Assembly: GCA_963849615.1 (NCBI GenBank)
Contig: CAWKIC010000026.1
Coordinates: 48 to 64,047 of the forward strand
DNA from: an uncultured Bacteroidales bacterium
GTDB lineage: Bacteria > Bacteroidota > Bacteroidia > Bacteroidales > VadinHA17
Direction: 5' to 3'
DNA length: 64,000 nucleotides
Shown: positions 61,176 through 64,000 of the stretch, one piece after another
How the letters are laid out: each line of letters starts with the position of its first letter
How positions within the stretch are numbered: the stretch's first letter is position 1
The notes under the pieces: generated by a model
What the model was told of the DNA's origin: nothing
The model's input: the letters and a program-made list of their open reading frames with translations, nothing else
The model's database searches: none
Program-made: the position numbers and the translations under genes

Positions 61176-63105
61176 ACACGTACTCACCCCCTTTTTCCCC
61201 CTCTCTACTAGCGTAAAGAGGGGGATGCCCCACACGTACTCACCCCCTTTTTCCCCCTCTCTACTAGCGTAAAGAGGGGGATGCCCTGGTATATTTAATT
61301 GATATTATATATATATTTATGGGTCGTTAGTTATTGTACACACGTACTCACCCCCTTTTTCCCCCTCTCTACTAGCGTAAAGAGGGGGAGGCCCCTGGTA
61401 TATTTAATTGATATTAATATATTTATGAGTGGTTAGTATTGTACACACGTACTCACCCCCTTTTTCCCCCTCTCTACTAGCGTAAAGAGGGGGATGCCCC
61501 TGGTATATTTAATTGATATTAATATAATTATGGGTCGTTAGTATTGTACACACGTACTCACCCCCTTTTTCCCCCTCTCTACTAGCGTAAAGAGGGGGAT
61601 GCCCCACACGTACTCACCCCCTTTTTCCCCCTCTCTAAGCGCAGGCTGGCTCCTTCGCTAAATTTGCCCACCGGGCAAATTTTTAACGCTCGGCCCTGTA
61701 AAGAGGGGGAGGCCTTTGGTATACTTAATTGATATTCTATTATTTATGAGCCGTTAGTATTGTACACACGTAGCTCACCCCCTTTTTCCCCTTCTCTAAG
61801 CGCAGGCTGGCTCCTTCGCTAAATTTGCCCACCGGGCAAATTTTTAACGCTCGGCCCTGTAAAGAGGGGGAGGCCTTTGGTATACTTAATTGATATTAAA
61901 ATATTTATGGGTCGTTAGTATTGTACACACGTACTCACCCCCTTTTTCCCCCTCTCTACTAGCGTAAAGAGGGGGATGCCCCTGGTATATTTAATTGATA
62001 TTAATATAATTATGGGTCGTTAGTAATTTACACACGTACTCACCCCCTTTTTCCCCCTCTCTACTAGCGTAAAGAGGGGGATGCCCCTGGTATAATTAAT
62101 TGATATTTATTTATTTATGGGTCGTTAGTATTGTACACACGTATTCACCCCCTCTTTTTCCCTCTCTAAGCGCAGGCTGGCTCCTTCGCTAAATTTGCCC
62201 ACCGGGCAAATTTTTAACGCTCGGCCCTGTAAAGAGGGGGAGGCCTTTGGTATACTTAATTGATATTAAAATATTTATGAGTCGTTAGTATTGTACACAC
62301 GTACTCACCCCCTTTTTCCCCCTCTATACTAGCGTAAAGAGGGGGATGCTCCTGGTATAATTAATTGATATTTATTTATTTATGGGTCGTTAGTATTGTA
62401 CACACGTACTCACCCCCTTTTTCCCCCTCTATACGCGTAAAGAGGGGGATGCCCTGGGTAAGAGTTAGAATATTTAGGAATGCATATCCTTCGAATTAAG
62501 AATGAGGAGTTAGTCGATTTAAAAAGTGTCATTAACAAAATAGAAAACTATCTTCTTTCAATTACCTAAAGTAATTATTATCTACAGGGCTATCGCCCCC
62601 TCTTTACGCAGTAGAGAGGGGGCAGGGGGGGTGAGTACGTGGGGCGGCTTGAGAAGGGATTTTTCCTGCGAAAGGGTGTTAAGGAGAAGAAATAGATTGC
62701 TCCTGGATCACACGTACTCACCCCCTTTTTCCCCCTCTCTACTAGTGTAAAGAGGGGGATGCCCCTGGTATATTTAATTGATATTAATATAATTATGGGT
62801 TGTTAGTATTGTACACACGTACTCACCCCCTTTTTTCCCCCCCCCTACTAGCGTATAGACTGGTATATTTAATTGATATTAATATGATTATGGGTCGTTA
62901 GTAATTTACACACGTACTCACCCCCTTTTTCCCCCTCTCTACTAGCGTAAAGAGGGGGAGGCCCCTGGTATATTTAATTGATATTAATATATTTCGTTAG
63001 TAATTTACACACGTGGTCACCCCCTTTTTCCCCCTCTCTACTGCGTAAAGAGAGGGGGAGGCCTTTGGTATACTTAATTGATATTCTATTATTTATGAGC
63101 CGTAA
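61176..63105. repeat. Tandem array of 16 direct units plus one inverted copy
   Basis: The 56-nt core is acacgtactcaccccctttttccccctctctactagcgtaaagagggggatgcccc. A spacer of about 50 nt follows, tggtatatttaattgatatt..tatgggtcgttagtattgtac. Cores start at 61176, 61232, 61340, 61445, 61550, 61606, 61766, 61927, 62032, 62137, 62297, 62402, 62710, 62815, 62910 and 63009. Unit lengths are 56, about 105 and about 160 nt. No ORF of 60 aa or more lies on either strand. Confidence 0.95.
62587..62642. repeat. Inverted-orientation copy of the array core
   Basis: gggctatcgccccctctttacgcagtagagagggggcagggggggtgagtacgtgg is the reverse complement of the core consensus with a few changes. Confidence 0.9.
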
Positions 63106-63200
63106 TTATTCTTGTAGTAAAATCAAAGAAACTTGATTTCAAAGAGATCCAGGACCATTGCTTCATTTTCAGACAAAATATGACAGAGTTATTACACAAA

Positions 63201-63224
63201 GCTATCACCCCCTCTCTACGCAGT
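63201..63224. repeat. Second inverted core copy, truncated in its hairpin loop by the IS insertion
   Basis: gctatcaccccctctctacgcagt aligns with 62590-62613 and ends exactly where the IS end begins. Confidence 0.85.
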
Positions 63225-64000
63225 CTACCCTTTATACACATCTTTTCTTTTTAAGTATTCTAAAGCCATTTGGAACCCGTCAGCCTTATCATAAAATCTA
63301 TCAGTTCCATCTTTAATATGATATATATCCAGGTGGTCCCTGAGATTGATAGCCACTCCATCCACCTAGTCTTCCCATGGCCCAGGTAGCCCATTGAAGA
63401 GAACCTTTTTCATATGGATTTTTGAGCTTTTCGGTTTTCCCTTCAAGCTTCTCCATATAAATTGAAAGAAAATGTAATTGTTCTTTTGAAAAGATAATAT
63501 TCGCATTAACCTTATGAGTATTTGATGAGTGATAATTTCAATGTCATGGTTGTCAATGCTACTTGTAAAGCTATGACAGCAAGTTTTTTAAGTCCTCCAC
63601 CTGTCTCTAATTGAGATTCTTCAATAGCTAATCCTTTACTCTTTAAAACACGGAATAACTCTTCTATAAACCATCTTTGACTGTACCATTCAACACATTT
63701 AAGTGCATCCTCAGCACATTCAATTGAATGTGTTGTTAACAATCTCCATAAAACAGGATCTTCTTTGCCAGGTACACTCTCTGGGAGCTCTCTTGCTTCA
63801 ATGGCCCACATCTCAACATAGCTTGGCTTATTCTCAAGAGGTCTGTTCTTAGGATGTTTTATTTTTACTTTCTCATACTTTAAGGACATCTTTGCTTTTC
63901 GTTTTACCCTTTTACGATTATTGCGGATATCAAGCTCATAACTTGCTCTTCTGCTCTGAAGAACTTAACTTTTCAAATAAATTTTGATCTTCTCCCCACA
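63225..64000 (-). mobile_element. IS4-family (Tn5/IS50-like) insertion sequence; one end plus a decayed transposase; continues beyond the window
   Basis: The terminal 19 nt, CTACCCTTTATACACATCT (63225-63243), are identical to IR-L of the 31513 element. The transposase C-terminus ends a few nt inside. Confidence 0.8.
63244..64000 (-). pseudogene. Tn5-like DDE transposase (IS4 family), C-terminal part, with stop codons and frameshifts
   Basis: [46 protein letters not shown] carries the YxxRWxIE signature. After the stop at 63512, KNPYEKGSLQWATWAMGRLGGWSGYQSQGPPGY follows, then another shift. An additional in-frame stop lies at 63965-63967. Confidence 0.8.

Noticed and set aside
61176-63105. 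CRISPR array (regular repeats of about 56 nt separated by about 50-nt segments)
   Set aside because: The spacer-like segments are themselves near-identical between units, so this is a tandem repeat and not a repeat-spacer array. No cas genes or leader are present in the window, and unit lengths fall into three discrete classes.
61176-63105. On the minus strand each unit reads like a spliceosomal intron: AAGG|GTGAGTacgtgtgtacaaTACTAACgaccc...ataccAG|G, with a 5' splice site, a yeast-type branch point and a 3' AG
   Set aside because: The surrounding genome is clearly bacterial (tRNA, operons, Bacteroidota genes). There are no flanking exons or ORFs, and the motif is part of a 16-fold repeat. 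I treat it as a coincidence of the repeat sequence.
61156-63105. Replication origin or iteron cluster (AT-rich segments alternating with repeats)
   Set aside because: I saw no DnaA-box-like TTATCCACA/TGTGGATAA motifs and no adjacent dnaA, dnaN or rep genes. The repeats are much longer than typical iterons.

Overview
The window has two very different parts. Positions 1 to about 2110 are visibly GC-rich (by eye about two-thirds G+C). They carry four genes typical of high-GC bacteria: a prepilin-like N-terminus, a DUF1697 protein, a J-domain/zinc-ribbon/PilZ protein and a small membrane protein. All four are broken by frameshifts. At about 2107-2163 this block abuts a 5'-truncated SDR gene. The remaining ~62 kb is AT-rich, Bacteroidota-style chromosome with TAnnTTTG-type promoters, lipoproteins and DUF3822-rsmD and serC-serA-DUF1015 neighbourhoods. 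Its content is mostly housekeeping: tRNA-Asp, a recD-like helicase, yjbQ, a co-directional pgm-rfbD-rfbC-rfbA-ugd cluster, rpsA, rnz, guaA, ctp, clpB, gcvT, serC/serA, yggS, uvrA, an ECF-type sigma factor, an SPFH protein, rsmE, tpiA, tmk, folP and cdaA. About a dozen of these genes are split by single-base indels, often in homopolymers. I found no CRISPR array, cas genes, reverse transcriptase or recognisable defence operon. The unusual content is non-coding and mobile. (1) Nearly every intergenic gap is filled with a modular repertoire of palindromic units, 7-9-mer microsatellites and long hairpins whose arms are built from tandem oligomers. (2) A 954-bp element at 31513-32466 has Tn5/IS50-like 19-bp ends and a 9-bp target duplication, but carries an IS200/RAYT-type HUH transposase. 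(3) A ~1.9-kb tandem array at 61176-63105 holds 16 copies of a GC-hairpin unit. Three copies have a 63-nt palindromic insert in the hairpin loop, and one inverted copy lies inside the array. (4) A Tn5-like IS4-family element at 63225 to the window end shares the same end sequence. Like the 954-bp element, it is inserted exactly in the loop of a CCCCTCTC-type hairpin. Functional ideas for these repeats are inference only.
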